A stretch of DNA of 59,965 bases from Candidatus Woesearchaeota archaeon (GTDB taxonomy: Archaea > Nanobdellota > Nanobdellia > Woesearchaeales > GW2011-AR4), in the NCBI GenBank assembly GCA_016177615.1, contig JACOUX010000019.1, positions 1-59,965 on the forward strand. Direction: 5' to 3'. Positions within the stretch are counted from its first letter, which is position 1. Every line of letters starts with the position of its first letter. Below are positions 1-9,890 of this stretch, one piece after another. Below the pieces are notes generated by a model. That model saw nothing but the letters and a program-made list of their open reading frames with translations, did no database searches and was not told where the DNA came from. Made by a program: the position numbers and the translations under genes.

Positions 1-96
1 TATGCTCACCCCTATTCTTTTCTTGACTTGATAGGTTGTTGCTCCGTTGTTTTTTAGCCTTATCAGCTCAAATACCTTTGATTTGTTTAGTTTCAT
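1..96 (-). CDS. 5' end of a CDS running off the left edge; N-terminal HTH-like peptide (MKLNKSKVFELIRLKNNGATTYQVKKRIGVSI...)
   Basis: ATG at 96-94 on the minus strand, open for 32 codons to the window edge. The NGATTYQVKKRIGVS segment resembles resolvase/transposase-type helix-turn-helix. Absent from the ORF track because it is truncated. Confidence 0.3.
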   Translation of the reverse strand, partial: MKLNKSKVFELIRLKNNGATTYQVKKRIGVSI

Positions 97-192
97 AACC
101 AAACAAATCTTGTCGTAGGAAAATACTTTCGGGATAGTACACAGGAAAAAGCAATCATAACTTTTAAATAAGGGGCTGGACAACTTTGCCCT

Positions 193-915
193 ATGAAAGT
201 GCTAATTACAGGTGGCTCAGGAGCCCTTGGAAAGTCTTTAGGCAGAGCCTTTAAGGGATCTTATCTGCCATCCCATGAGGAACTTGATGTCACCAAGAAG
301 GACTCTGTAATTAAATCAGTTCTTTCCTGCAAGCCTGACGTTTTGATACATGCCGCGGCATTGGTTGGAATAAGGGAATGTGAGGAAGACAAGGAAAAGG
401 CATGGCTTACTAATGTTGAGGGCACGCAGAATATTGTAAATGCAGTTAAAAAGCTCAGCAATAACTGCTATTTGATGTACATCTCGACAGCATGCGTTTT
501 TGCAGGAGAGCACAACAAGTTCTATACAGAAGATGATATACCATCTCCAAAGAACTATTACGCTTTGACAAAGCTCTGCGGCGAGATCGTAACAAGGCAG
601 TATGAAAACACCTGCATCATAAGGACTAATTTTGTGCCAAAAGCCCAATGGAAATACCCGAATGCCTTTATAGACAGGTTTGGCACTTATCTCTTCAGCG
701 ATGGCGTTGCAGAAGGCATCCTTGATGTGAGCAAGAAAAAGGAAAAAGGAATCTTGCACATCGTAGGAGATAAAAGAATAAGCATGCACGATCTTGCTGT
801 CCTGTCAGGCTCAAAGAATGTTGGGAAAATGACACTTAAGGACTACAATGGGCCTCAGGTGACAGTTGACATGAGCCTGTCAACAAAGAGATGGAAAAAA
901 TACAGCATCATATAG
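193..915 (+). CDS. NAD(P)-dependent sugar reductase/epimerase, RmlD-like (short-chain Rossmann)
   Basis: N-terminal MKVLITGGSGALG Rossmann glycine motif, YALTK (YxxxK) catalytic motif, 240 aa. Confidence 0.7.
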   Translation: MKVLITGGSGALGKSLGRAFKGSYLPSHEELDVTKKDSVIKSVLSCKPDVLIHAAALVGIRECEEDKEKAWLTNVEGTQNIVNAVKKLSNNCYLMYISTACVFAGEHNKFYTEDDIPSPKNYYALTKLCGEIVTRQYENTCIIRTNFVPKAQWKYPNAFIDRFGTYLFSDGVAEGILDVSKKKEKGILHIVGDKRISMHDLAVLSGSKNVGKMTLKDYNGPQVTVDMSLSTKRWKKYSII

Positions 916-932
916 CTTTATCTTAAAAGAAA

Positions 933-1904
933 ATGGGAAAAAGCTCTGTCTCAGCCATAATAGTTAATTACAATGGAAAGCATCTCCTGAAAGAGGCCAT
1001 TGGTTCTGTAAAGCGAAGCATGAAGAAAAGCGGGTTAAATTCAGAGCTCATAATTCTTGATAATGCATCAACCGACGGAAGCCGGGAATTCATCAGGAAA
1101 AATTACAAGGGCATCAGGCTTGTCAGCAACAAAGAAAATCTTGGCTATTCCGGCATCAATAATGCATTGAAACACTGCAGAGGAGATTATATATTTTTCC
1201 TGAACAATGACCTGAAGATGGATTCGAACTGCATAAAAAATATGGTCAATGCCATGGACTCTGATGATTCAATAGGGCAGGCATGCCCAAGGTTCATCAA
1301 TTACTATGACAAAAGCCTGAAGTCAGGGGGCACCTGGGTGTCAAGGTCATTCTACAGCGGCCACATAAAAGGCACAGGCAGGGAAGGCATGAAAGAAGTT
1401 CCATATCTTGGTATAGCCATGGTAAGAAAAGATGTAGTCTGGCATTACGGCTATCTGTTTGATCCGGACTATTTCATTTACGCAGAAGACCTTGATCTTG
1501 GATTAAGAATAAGGCTTATGGGAAAAAGATCTGTTTTTGTTCCTGACGCAATCATATACCATATGCACTCTGCCACAATGCAGAAAGTTGAGGATTCAAG
1601 GAAAATATTCATGATGGAGCGAAACCTTTTCATGACCTTCTTTAAGATACTATCATTGAAAAATATCATCATCCTCCTGCCTTATGCGCTTTTTGTAAGG
1701 CTCCTTGCAATCGCGAAGGAAACTGCATCTGGAAAATTCAGGAATGCTTTTGCAAGAATATGGGCTATCCTTTGGATAGCCTCTAATTTCAGCATGATTC
1801 TTGAAAAAAGAAAAGCCGCGCAAAAATTGAGGAAAGCAAGCGATAATTATATTTTGAGAATATTCACTGAAAAATACTTATTTGCAAGAAAATTCCTGGT
1901 TTAA
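933..1904 (+). CDS. Glycosyltransferase family 2 (GT-A) with C-terminal membrane segment
   Basis: SAIIVNYNG...ILDNASTDGS...AEDLDLGLR motifs typical of GT2 (rhamnosyltransferase-like). Confidence 0.85.
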   Translation: MGKSSVSAIIVNYNGKHLLKEAIGSVKRSMKKSGLNSELIILDNASTDGSREFIRKNYKGIRLVSNKENLGYSGINNALKHCRGDYIFFLNNDLKMDSNCIKNMVNAMDSDDSIGQACPRFINYYDKSLKSGGTWVSRSFYSGHIKGTGREGMKEVPYLGIAMVRKDVVWHYGYLFDPDYFIYAEDLDLGLRIRLMGKRSVFVPDAIIYHMHSATMQKVEDSRKIFMMERNLFMTFFKILSLKNIIILLPYALFVRLLAIAKETASGKFRNAFARIWAILWIASNFSMILEKRKAAQKLRKASDNYILRIFTEKYLFARKFLV

Positions 1905-1905
1905 A

Positions 1906-2592
1906 ATGAAACCGACAATTGTTTTTTGCGGCTATAGGGACTGGGCGTTAAAGATCTATGACTATGTGAGCCAAAAATATAAAGATAAAATCTTTATTCA
2001 CCTCATAAAAGATGAAGAGCAGTTTAGAAATGCAGGCCTTGAAAGCATAAACCCAAAGGCAGTTTTCTTCATTGGATGGAGCTGGATAATAAAGCCTGAG
2101 GTTGTCAGCAAATGGCTTTGCATATGCCTTCATCCATCTCCTCTTCCTAAATACAGGGGGGGCAGCCCGCTGCAGCATCAGATAATAAATGGAGAGAGCA
2201 AAAGCGCCATAACATATTTCAGGATGAATGACAAGATTGATGCAGGCGATATAATCTGGCAAAAAGAATTCTCCCTTGATGGGGATTTGAGCGAGATATT
2301 GGGCAGGATAGCAGAAACAGGAAAAGAAGGCATGTCAGAAATACTTGATGGCCTTCTCGAAGGGAAAAGTTTAAAATTGATACAGCAAGACCATTCCAAA
2401 ATGACCTCTTTCAAGAGGAGAACTCCTGCACAAAGCGGGATCAAGATCCAGGATTTCAGGGACTTTACTGCAGAGCAGCTTTATAACAAGATAAGGGCAT
2501 TGCAGGATCCCTATCCAAATGCGTTTATAGTATGCAAAGATAACACGAGGCTTTACATAAAGAAGGCAGCGATAGACAAAAATGGAAAATAA
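1906..2592 (+). CDS. Formyltransferase-fold enzyme (Fmt / ArnA-N / sugar N-formyltransferase-like)
   Basis: CLHPSPLPKYRGGSPLQHQIINGE matches the HxSLLPxxRG formyltransferase core. ATG at 1906 is preferred over the TTG at 1882 in the ORF track, which overlaps the upstream stop. Confidence 0.7.
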   Translation: MKPTIVFCGYRDWALKIYDYVSQKYKDKIFIHLIKDEEQFRNAGLESINPKAVFFIGWSWIIKPEVVSKWLCICLHPSPLPKYRGGSPLQHQIINGESKSAITYFRMNDKIDAGDIIWQKEFSLDGDLSEILGRIAETGKEGMSEILDGLLEGKSLKLIQQDHSKMTSFKRRTPAQSGIKIQDFRDFTAEQLYNKIRALQDPYPNAFIVCKDNTRLYIKKAAIDKNGK

Positions 2593-3208
2593 GATAAGGC
2601 CAATGAAAAAACTGATAATATCCCCTCACATAGATGACGAAGTGCTTGGCTGCGGCGGTATTCTTGATGAAAACACTTTTGTCCTTTATTGCGGCGTTGA
2701 AGACAGGTCTTATGTGAGCAAGGAAGAAAGAGTGCAGGAGCTGGAAGCTGTCAGGTCAATCGCCAAATTTCGATACAAGCTGCTGGGCAACGAGGTGAAT
2801 AAGTACAATCTAAGGGACCTTATTGGGGAATTCGAGAAAATAATAAACGAATTGAAGCCTGACATGGTTTTTGTGCCGCACCCATGCTACAATCAAGATC
2901 ATAGGGAAGTCCACAAGGCTGCCTTGGTTGCCTTAAGGCCGCATGACCAGAATTTTTTTGTCAAGAAAGTGCTGGCATATGAGCAGCCGCATGTATTCTT
3001 CTGGTACCATAACGATCATGACCCAATAAAGATTAACTATTTCGTGCCAATCGACATCGGAAGAAAAATAGGATTTTACAACCTGCTTAAATCACAAGTC
3101 AGGTCTTTCAGGAGCCCAGAGCATCTGAAGGCCATGGCAGAGCTTAGGGGAGGGCAAAGCAACTGCAGCCATGCAGAGGGCTTTGAGGTTCTAAGGTGGG
3201 TTGATTAG
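2582..3208 (+). CDS. PIG-L/LmbE family N-acetylglucosaminyl deacetylase
   Basis: IISPHIDDEVLGCGG is the PIG-L signature (SPHxDDE). An alternative ATG lies at 2603. Confidence 0.8.
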   Translation: MENKIRPMKKLIISPHIDDEVLGCGGILDENTFVLYCGVEDRSYVSKEERVQELEAVRSIAKFRYKLLGNEVNKYNLRDLIGEFEKIINELKPDMVFVPHPCYNQDHREVHKAALVALRPHDQNFFVKKVLAYEQPHVFFWYHNDHDPIKINYFVPIDIGRKIGFYNLLKSQVRSFRSPEHLKAMAELRGGQSNCSHAEGFEVLRWVD

Positions 3209-3220
3209 ATCGGGGATTTT

Positions 3221-4684
3221 CTATTTTTTCGCCTTGTAAATTATTGTGGAAGTCCTCTTGTTCTCATAGGCTTTAGGATAATTCAGCGCTTGCACCTCTT
3301 TCAAAGTACTTTCATCATAGATTGATATCCTGTCAAGCCAGAAATTCTGGTTTACCCAAATATAATCTGCTTTTTTTATGTTTTCACCTGTTGCATACAG
3401 CGAAGCCCTTTCAATGTTGTAAGGTACGCATTGGCCGCTGGCAATAAAAACAGAATCAACAGGCGTGTTTTCCCTTGCCCATTCAAAATCAGGCTTGTAA
3501 ACTGCCCAATATCCGGCAGCCGTATAAAACTTCGCAAATAATGCAAAAACCAGCCCAATTATCGCCAGCGAAATCAAAAATGGAATTGCTTTTCTTAATT
3601 TTTCATTCAGAAGCAGCCTTTCAAGCCCAAATGCCCAGAATACTGCCAAGGGAATCAGCCCAGGCAGTATTATCCTGGAAACCAAAATCCCGACATTTGC
3701 CACATAAACAAGGAATAATGCAAAAAAGCATGCCAGCCAGACAAATAAAATATCCTTTTTGCCGGTTTTTTTCACGAATAGCCCTGCAAGCAGCGGAATT
3801 ATGAAAATAAATGTCCCGAGGATCCAGATTGGAAACAATGTTTTAATATATCCGCCAAGTCCCGACACTAAAGTATAATTTCCGTCAGGAACTCCAAAAA
3901 AGCCAAGATATGTTGATATGAAAAGGTACGGGCTCGTTAACCTTCCATAATCAAAAGCCGAGTAAGATTTGGCTTCATAGCCTTTAAACAGGAAATTCAG
4001 GAACGGCCAGACAGGGTTTCCAAGAAGAGCCCAGTTCCTTATGAGCCATGGCGATGCAACCAGCAATGGAACAATAACCAATATTGCCGCATTCCTCAAG
4101 AATTTTTTTTCATGCTTCTTGCAGAGGATGAACAAAAGCACCGGAATTATTAAAATCCCGTTGTATTTTGCCAGGATAGCCAGCCCGGCTGCAGCCCCTG
4201 ACAAAAGCACATTGCCGCGGGCAAGGAAATATACGCTTAGCACAGCAAAAAACATAAGCGTGCTTTCTGCATAGCTCAAGACGCTGTAATCTATGAATAT
4301 CGGTATAAAGGCAAGAAATACAGTAGAATAAAATGCGATTTTTGAATTATAGAGGTTTTTTACGGTAAGGAATGAAAAAACAATGGCCAATATCCCAAAT
4401 GCAGGCGAAACAAGCTTTGCTGCAAGGTTTGCCCCAGCATGGCTGATATTGCCAAAAATAAAATATGCCGTTGCAATTATTATGTGGTACATCGGAGGGC
4501 TCCAGAAAGGCTCATCCCTTCCAAGAGGCTCAAATAACGGAAATCTTTTTTCATCAGCAATGAATTTTCCTGCAGGGATGTGCCAGCAGCCGTCTCCTGA
4601 AACGCGGTAAACAGAAGCCAAAGACAGAACTATTATAGAGAAGAGGATTATGATGCAAACAGAGTATTTTGTGTATTTGTCCAT
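3221..4684 (-). CDS. Polytopic GT-C glycosyltransferase (ArnT/PMT, GT39/GT83-like)
   Basis: 487 aa with more than 10 predicted TM helices, an early extracytoplasmic loop (GDGCWHIPAGKFIADE) and a soluble C-terminal domain. This architecture is typical of lipid-linked-sugar-dependent GT-C enzymes. Confidence 0.6.
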   Translation of the reverse strand: MDKYTKYSVCIIILFSIIVLSLASVYRVSGDGCWHIPAGKFIADEKRFPLFEPLGRDEPFWSPPMYHIIIATAYFIFGNISHAGANLAAKLVSPAFGILAIVFSFLTVKNLYNSKIAFYSTVFLAFIPIFIDYSVLSYAESTLMFFAVLSVYFLARGNVLLSGAAAGLAILAKYNGILIIPVLLFILCKKHEKKFLRNAAILVIVPLLVASPWLIRNWALLGNPVWPFLNFLFKGYEAKSYSAFDYGRLTSPYLFISTYLGFFGVPDGNYTLVSGLGGYIKTLFPIWILGTFIFIIPLLAGLFVKKTGKKDILFVWLACFFALFLVYVANVGILVSRIILPGLIPLAVFWAFGLERLLLNEKLRKAIPFLISLAIIGLVFALFAKFYTAAGYWAVYKPDFEWARENTPVDSVFIASGQCVPYNIERASLYATGENIKKADYIWVNQNFWLDRISIYDESTLKEVQALNYPKAYENKRTSTIIYKAKK

Positions 4685-4690
4685 TTTAAT

Positions 4691-5701
4691 CTATTTTAGC
4701 AACCTTAAAGCCGCATCAGCAAACCCTTCAATGTTGCCTTTGCCCACCAAAATGCCGCTTTTGACAATCTCAGGATGGGAGCAGACATCAAACGCAACAA
4801 CCTTTTTGCCGCAGGCCTGCGCTTCTGCCGCAGGCAGATTAAACCCTTCCCACAAGGATGCTGTTACATATAAGTCGCAGGCAGCATAGTAATTCGGAAG
4901 CTTCTTGTCATTGACAAAGTCCATGAAAATGACATTTTTGTTTGCAGCTTCTTTAAGCCTTGAGTAATAGGATGGGAATGTGGGCTTTCCTACAATCAGC
5001 AGCTTGCAATCCGGCATTTTTTCAACAACCAAGTCAAATATTTTCAGTAGCGAATGAATGTTCTTGTGGGGCGAAATTCTTCCAACAAAAAGCAGCAGCT
5101 TTCCATCACCCTTGACCTTCAAAGCTTTCCTGATTTTGCTTCCATCCAGACTATTCCTAAACCTTTTTCTGTCTATCCTGTTGTATATGACCTTGCTGTC
5201 GAGGCCAGTCTCGTCCTTCAGTTCTTTTTGCAGGAACTTGCTTATTGAAACGGCTTCATCAGCGTACCTTAAAGACAGCCTGTTAAAAAGCCCGAACAGC
5301 TTCATGTATATTCTCTCAAAAAAATTGTCAAAAAGCCAGCTGTAGCCTATGCCATGGTTGTAGTAAACATACTTTACATTATGCTTTTTCTTTGCGTAAT
5401 GCGCAATCAAATTCATGGGATAGAAATGGGAAATTGCAACATCGTAGCCCTTCAGCTTTTCAGCTGTTTTTTTTATTTTTTTCCTGTCCAGAAAAAATAA
5501 CAGCCTGTACATCCTTTGAATAAGAAGGGTCTTTGGCATTCCCAAAACTTCTATCTTAAAGCCTTTTGGCCTTATTGACGATTCAAGCGCAAATACAGTT
5601 ACATCGCTGCCTTTGCTTGCATATTCTTCGGCCTGCTGCTCTGCAACCCTGTCAATGCCGCTGTAATGCGAAAATGTCGGAGTCAAAATTGCTATTTTCA
5701 T
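4691..5701 (-). CDS. Glycosyltransferase family 4 (GT-B, GT1 clan)
   Basis: C-terminal EGFNLPAAEAQACGKKVVAFD is the GT4 E-x7-E region; 336 aa. Confidence 0.85.
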   Translation of the reverse strand: MKIAILTPTFSHYSGIDRVAEQQAEEYASKGSDVTVFALESSIRPKGFKIEVLGMPKTLLIQRMYRLLFFLDRKKIKKTAEKLKGYDVAISHFYPMNLIAHYAKKKHNVKYVYYNHGIGYSWLFDNFFERIYMKLFGLFNRLSLRYADEAVSISKFLQKELKDETGLDSKVIYNRIDRKRFRNSLDGSKIRKALKVKGDGKLLLFVGRISPHKNIHSLLKIFDLVVEKMPDCKLLIVGKPTFPSYYSRLKEAANKNVIFMDFVNDKKLPNYYAACDLYVTASLWEGFNLPAAEAQACGKKVVAFDVCSHPEIVKSGILVGKGNIEGFADAALRLLK

Positions 5702-5762
5702 GTTTAGTTTTTTATTTTTTCCGTTGGTTATTTTTTATTAAATTTAAAATAAATAAAAATAA

Positions 5763-6479
5763 CTAAATCAACCCTAAAATATGCATCATCTTCAGCTTCA
5801 AAACCATGAAATACCCTGCTGCCAATTGCGGAAGCCCAAGCTTCGAAACCCCTTTTGTCCTGTCTGTAAATGTTATCGGAATCTCTTTTATCATAAATCC
5901 CTTCAGGTGTGCCTTGAACAGCACTTCCTGCACTATTGAAGGGCCTCTTGACTCAAGCTTTTTAGCCTTTATTCTTTCCAATACTTCCTTCTTGAAGCAC
6001 CTGAAGCCGGAATTGCAGTCCCTTACTCTCAATCCGAGAACCACTCTTATGTAAAGATTGGCAAAATGGGTTACTATTCTTCTTACAAAACTTCTTCCAA
6101 CTTCTTCAGCACCTTCAACCCTTCTTGAGCCTAAGATCAAATCTGCATTTTTTAATTCCTTGATCATTGAAGGTATATACTTAGGATCATGAGACAAGTC
6201 AGCATCCATCTCAACAATAATGTCAGCACCGTGTCTGAGGCAGTAAACAAATCCATCCCTTCCCGCATAGCCCCTTCCTTTGTCTTTTGTTCTTAACAAA
6301 AGATGAATGTTTTTGTTTTTATTGGACATACTTTTTACAATGTCTGCAGTCCCGTCAGGAGAATTATCATCAGCTACCACTATTTCCAAACCATTTATTT
6401 TTAATTTTAAAATTTTATCTATCAAAATGCTTATATTTTCTCTTTCATTATAGGTTGGGATCATTACGAAGGTTTTCAT
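5763..6479 (-). CDS. Polyprenol/dolichol-phosphate sugar synthase (GT2, Dpm1/ArnC-like)
   Basis: MKTFVMIPTYNERENI...VADDNSPDGT...EMDADLSHDP motifs. Start moved to ATG 6479, which abuts the stop of the upstream GT9 gene at 6481; the ORF-track start at 6548 would overlap it. Confidence 0.8.
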   Translation of the reverse strand: MKTFVMIPTYNERENISILIDKILKLKINGLEIVVADDNSPDGTADIVKSMSNKNKNIHLLLRTKDKGRGYAGRDGFVYCLRHGADIIVEMDADLSHDPKYIPSMIKELKNADLILGSRRVEGAEEVGRSFVRRIVTHFANLYIRVVLGLRVRDCNSGFRCFKKEVLERIKAKKLESRGPSIVQEVLFKAHLKGFMIKEIPITFTDRTKGVSKLGLPQLAAGYFMVLKLKMMHILGLI

Positions 6480-6480
6480 T

Positions 6481-7503
6481 TTATTTGATAGAGGATAATT
6501 TTTTAACAGCGTTAGCCATATCATCAACATTATACTCCGGTGGCACATTGCACTTTTGTCTATAGCAGCACAAACACCCTTTTTTTGGTATTATTTTAAT
6601 CCCTCTAAAATATAATTCAATCTCAGCCGAACTTGTTGGTCCAAAAAACACAACAATCTTCTTTTTCAAAGCTGTTCCAATATGCAGGGCCAAACTGTCG
6701 CTTGTAACCAATATGCTGCACAAGTTAACCAAAGACGCAAATTCCATCAATGAGTTATTGCAGCCAGCGTCTATTATTTCGGATCTGGCAAGGGATTTTA
6801 TTTTCCCGTTTCTTTCAGCCTCTTCAGGCCCTCCAAAGAGGATGACTCTTGCATTCCTGCTTTTTAATTCATCATTTAATTTGTCAATCAATTTTGCTGT
6901 GCTTTCCTCGCTTAGCTTCTTGTCCTCCCACCTTCCCCCTGCGCCTGTATTGATGCCAACAACCAAGCCGGATTTTTTTATTTTGTTTTTTTCTGCAAAT
7001 TTTTTTCCGAATCCCAATTCATTGCCATTTAAGGCCAACATAGGTTCCTGCCTGCCGTACTTCAAGTCAAGAATTTTGTAAATAATCTCCTGATAGGTTT
7101 TCTTATTCCTGGATTTCAGCTTGTCTGCCTTTTTCTTGCCAAGCCTTGAAATAAGCCCCATGCCAAACCATAATGCAGAATCTTCTGTATAGGCTCTTTT
7201 ATTATTGTTTAAATATGCTCCTGTTATTTTTTTTGACTTGATGCTTGATGCCAATTCACATGCCGCATGCTCATCGTCCAGGCATATAACCAGCTCATAT
7301 TTTTTGCCTTTCAGGCTTTTCAGCGCATTGCCAATAAGGAATATTTTATCAATCAAGCTGTTGTTTTTAAGCACATCAGCAGAATCCTTTTTAGTAACCC
7401 AGTCTATCCTGCAGTTTTTGTACTTGGATTTAAGCCCTGGAAGCACGGCAGTTGTCCTGATCACATCGCCTATTGCACCAAGCTTTATAATGAGGATTTT
7501 CAT
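6481..7503 (-). CDS. Glycosyltransferase family 9 (ADP-heptose-dependent heptosyltransferase-like)
   Basis: MKILIIKLGAIGDVIRTTAVLPGLK N-terminus and C-terminal LVTSDSLALHIGTAL resemble RfaF/RfaC-type GT9 enzymes. Confidence 0.7.
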   Translation of the reverse strand: MKILIIKLGAIGDVIRTTAVLPGLKSKYKNCRIDWVTKKDSADVLKNNSLIDKIFLIGNALKSLKGKKYELVICLDDEHAACELASSIKSKKITGAYLNNNKRAYTEDSALWFGMGLISRLGKKKADKLKSRNKKTYQEIIYKILDLKYGRQEPMLALNGNELGFGKKFAEKNKIKKSGLVVGINTGAGGRWEDKKLSEESTAKLIDKLNDELKSRNARVILFGGPEEAERNGKIKSLARSEIIDAGCNNSLMEFASLVNLCSILVTSDSLALHIGTALKKKIVVFFGPTSSAEIELYFRGIKIIPKKGCLCCYRQKCNVPPEYNVDDMANAVKKLSSIK

Positions 7504-7582
7504 TTATGCAGCATATTTTTTGCCTTATTTTAAAGCTTTCTAATGACAAATATTTAAATAGTTTCACCCTAATCTTTCTGCC

Positions 7583-9181
7583 ATGAAAATAGGATTGAAG
7601 AAGATTGAAATTATTGCGGTTGTTATCCTGTACTTGGCAGCCCTGTGGATGTGGACCCTGCCTATACAAAACAACAGCATGCCGTTTGGCGATGTGGACG
7701 CCAGCTCCCACTTTGCAATAGGGGACTATATAACAAGCCAGGACAAATCAACTTACCGTATACCTTATTACATGACATTCAGGTACAGCGGGCAAAACAG
7801 CATTTTTCCTGACTATCTTTGGTATCCTCCCCAGTACTGGACAAACGGCGCAATAGCCCAGATTGTTGGAGGAGAAAGGACCCTGAGTTTTTTCATTATG
7901 GTTGCAATCTTGAGTTCTTTGGTGATCCTGTCATCATATTTCCTCATTCGCAATCTGTTCGGGTTTTGGCCTGCTTTTTTATCCAGCTTTTTGCTGGTTT
8001 TCTCAACAAGGGATTACATGATATACCTGTGGGGGCAGTGGCCGCAGTCGCTTTCTTTTGCCTTCACGCCATTGGCATTATACTGCTTTTTCAAGTACCA
8101 TCAAAATTATAAGGAAAATCAAAGCAGGCCGGTTTATCTTTGCATAATGTCATTATTTTTGGCTGCGCAATTCTTATTCCATCCGCAGGGAATGATTGCC
8201 TCAATTGGCGCTTTGGCATTGTATTCAGCATTTCTAGCCATAAGATACAAAAAAATTCCATTCAAAATAAAGCACTTTATCCTGTCTTTTATCATATTGG
8301 TAGCCATCGCTTCTGCATTTGCGCCGTTCAATATCGGAGAATTCTTTTCAGAATTGTTCGCAAAGCAGGAAACAGCAACGGCTAAAAGCTTTCAATTCGA
8401 CAAGCTATTAAAATGGTACCATGGCATTAAGAATGACCCAGGATTGCCGGATTTCTATTTTGAGTACGATAAGGTGCATGGCTCCCTTGAAGGAGGATTG
8501 CTCTCATGGTGGACACTTCCCTTTTTGCTGCTGGGGCTGCTGGCCTTGGCTTTCAGAAGAAAAGAGGAGGATATTGTTATGCTTGGCTGGTTTGTTTCGT
8601 TTTATTTTTTAACAAGGCTAGCGGTTTTCGGCTATGGCACAAGGGATATCAGGATGTTTGCCTATGAGGCCCATGTATTCTATCCGATAATAGCAATAGG
8701 CCTGCTTTCCATAAGCTCTATATCAAAGAGTGAGCCAATCAAAAAATTCCTCAAATATGGGATGATTGCAGTTTTCCTTGTGTTGGCAGTTTCTGTGAAC
8801 GGAGCATCTGCATATAAAATCTTGAAAGGGCAGGAAAATTCAATTGCAAGGATAAACCCGGCGCAATATGAGGCTGCAGAATGGATAAAGGCAAATCTTC
8901 CAGAAAATGCCGACGTTTACACCTATGGGACATTAGGATTTCAAAACTATGCAGCCAAGATAAAATGGCTTGGTGTTCTGTCGCAAAGGCATTTCATAGT
9001 AAGCAATGACGAGATTAACATGACTGACTATCTATTCATAGACTATACCGATGCATCAGCATTAAGGGACCAAAACTACGCAAATGCGATCCAGAATTTT
9101 GAAAAAAATTTGCAGAATTCAACCAATGTTTACAGCAAAAATGGCATAAAGGTGTATAAAATTGATGAAATTAAAATCTGA
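7583..9181 (+). CDS. Polytopic membrane protein, GT-C-like (multi-TM N-terminal domain plus soluble C-terminal domain)
   Basis: 532 aa with about 12 hydrophobic helices followed by a roughly 130-aa hydrophilic tail. An acidic DVDASSH lies in the first loop. No specific family recognised. Confidence 0.45.
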   Translation: MKIGLKKIEIIAVVILYLAALWMWTLPIQNNSMPFGDVDASSHFAIGDYITSQDKSTYRIPYYMTFRYSGQNSIFPDYLWYPPQYWTNGAIAQIVGGERTLSFFIMVAILSSLVILSSYFLIRNLFGFWPAFLSSFLLVFSTRDYMIYLWGQWPQSLSFAFTPLALYCFFKYHQNYKENQSRPVYLCIMSLFLAAQFLFHPQGMIASIGALALYSAFLAIRYKKIPFKIKHFILSFIILVAIASAFAPFNIGEFFSELFAKQETATAKSFQFDKLLKWYHGIKNDPGLPDFYFEYDKVHGSLEGGLLSWWTLPFLLLGLLALAFRRKEEDIVMLGWFVSFYFLTRLAVFGYGTRDIRMFAYEAHVFYPIIAIGLLSISSISKSEPIKKFLKYGMIAVFLVLAVSVNGASAYKILKGQENSIARINPAQYEAAEWIKANLPENADVYTYGTLGFQNYAAKIKWLGVLSQRHFIVSNDEINMTDYLFIDYTDASALRDQNYANAIQNFEKNLQNSTNVYSKNGIKVYKIDEIKI

Positions 9182-9503
9182 TGAGGCCGTGATGGGCGCA
9201 ATTGTGCTTGGGATGCTAGCGGTATTTAGCGCCCTTGCCCTTGGCTATGCAGGATTTAGGACAATTATTGGAACAATAATAATTATACTCCTTCCTTTTT
9301 ATCTTCTGTTCAGCAATTTCAATATTTCTAAAGGCGAGAAGCTCATCTTTTCAATATTTGCTGCGATAGCTATTTTTCCCTCGCTTGTTTATTGGGCAGG
9401 ATTTATTCTGCCGTTTCGTGCAGCTCTGCTTGGGGCATTTGCAGCTATATTATTGGCTTCTTTTGCATTTAAAATTTATTTTAGGAAATCTCAATCAGTG
9501 TGA
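9162..9503 (+). CDS. Small 3-4 TM membrane protein (possible GtrA/flippase-like partner)
   Basis: 113 aa, almost entirely hydrophobic. Overlaps the upstream stop by 20 nt; an alternative ATG lies at 9192. Confidence 0.4.
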   Translation: MMKLKSDEAVMGAIVLGMLAVFSALALGYAGFRTIIGTIIIILLPFYLLFSNFNISKGEKLIFSIFAAIAIFPSLVYWAGFILPFRAALLGAFAAILLASFAFKIYFRKSQSV

Positions 9504-9890
9504 TTTGTTGGTTTTCCTGTAGAAGATAATGAGACCTATTGCTATCATTAGCACAGGCAAAACAAAAGCATGATATTTGACATTTAATCCCATCAATCCA
9601 AGGTAATAGCTCAATATTCCAATTATACCTGCTGATAAAATAGTTCCAATTACAAATCTCTCAAGAAACTCGAGACTTTCTTTCCAGTATAGCATGACGC
9701 AGTACCCAGGCAGGACAAAAAGCCAGAATACAGATGCCACAACCCTAAGCACTCCAAAAAAATTCTCATTTAGAAATGCTATCTTGAACGCAGCAAGAGC
9801 TATAACAAAAACTATCCCGATATATGCCATTTCTTTCTTGAGCAGTTCAAAAGCTTCTTTCTTCAATGCACTCATCTCCTTTTTTGTCAT
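9495..9890 (-). CDS. Small 3-4 TM membrane protein
   Basis: Hydrophobic ORF. The start is uncertain, with in-frame ATGs at 9920, 9890, 9875 and 9830. The upstream gene ends at 9847. Confidence 0.4.
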   Translation of the reverse strand: MTKKEMSALKKEAFELLKKEMAYIGIVFVIALAAFKIAFLNENFFGVLRVVASVFWLFVLPGYCVMLYWKESLEFLERFVIGTILSAGIIGILSYYLGLMGLNVKYHAFVLPVLMIAIGLIIFYRKTNKSH

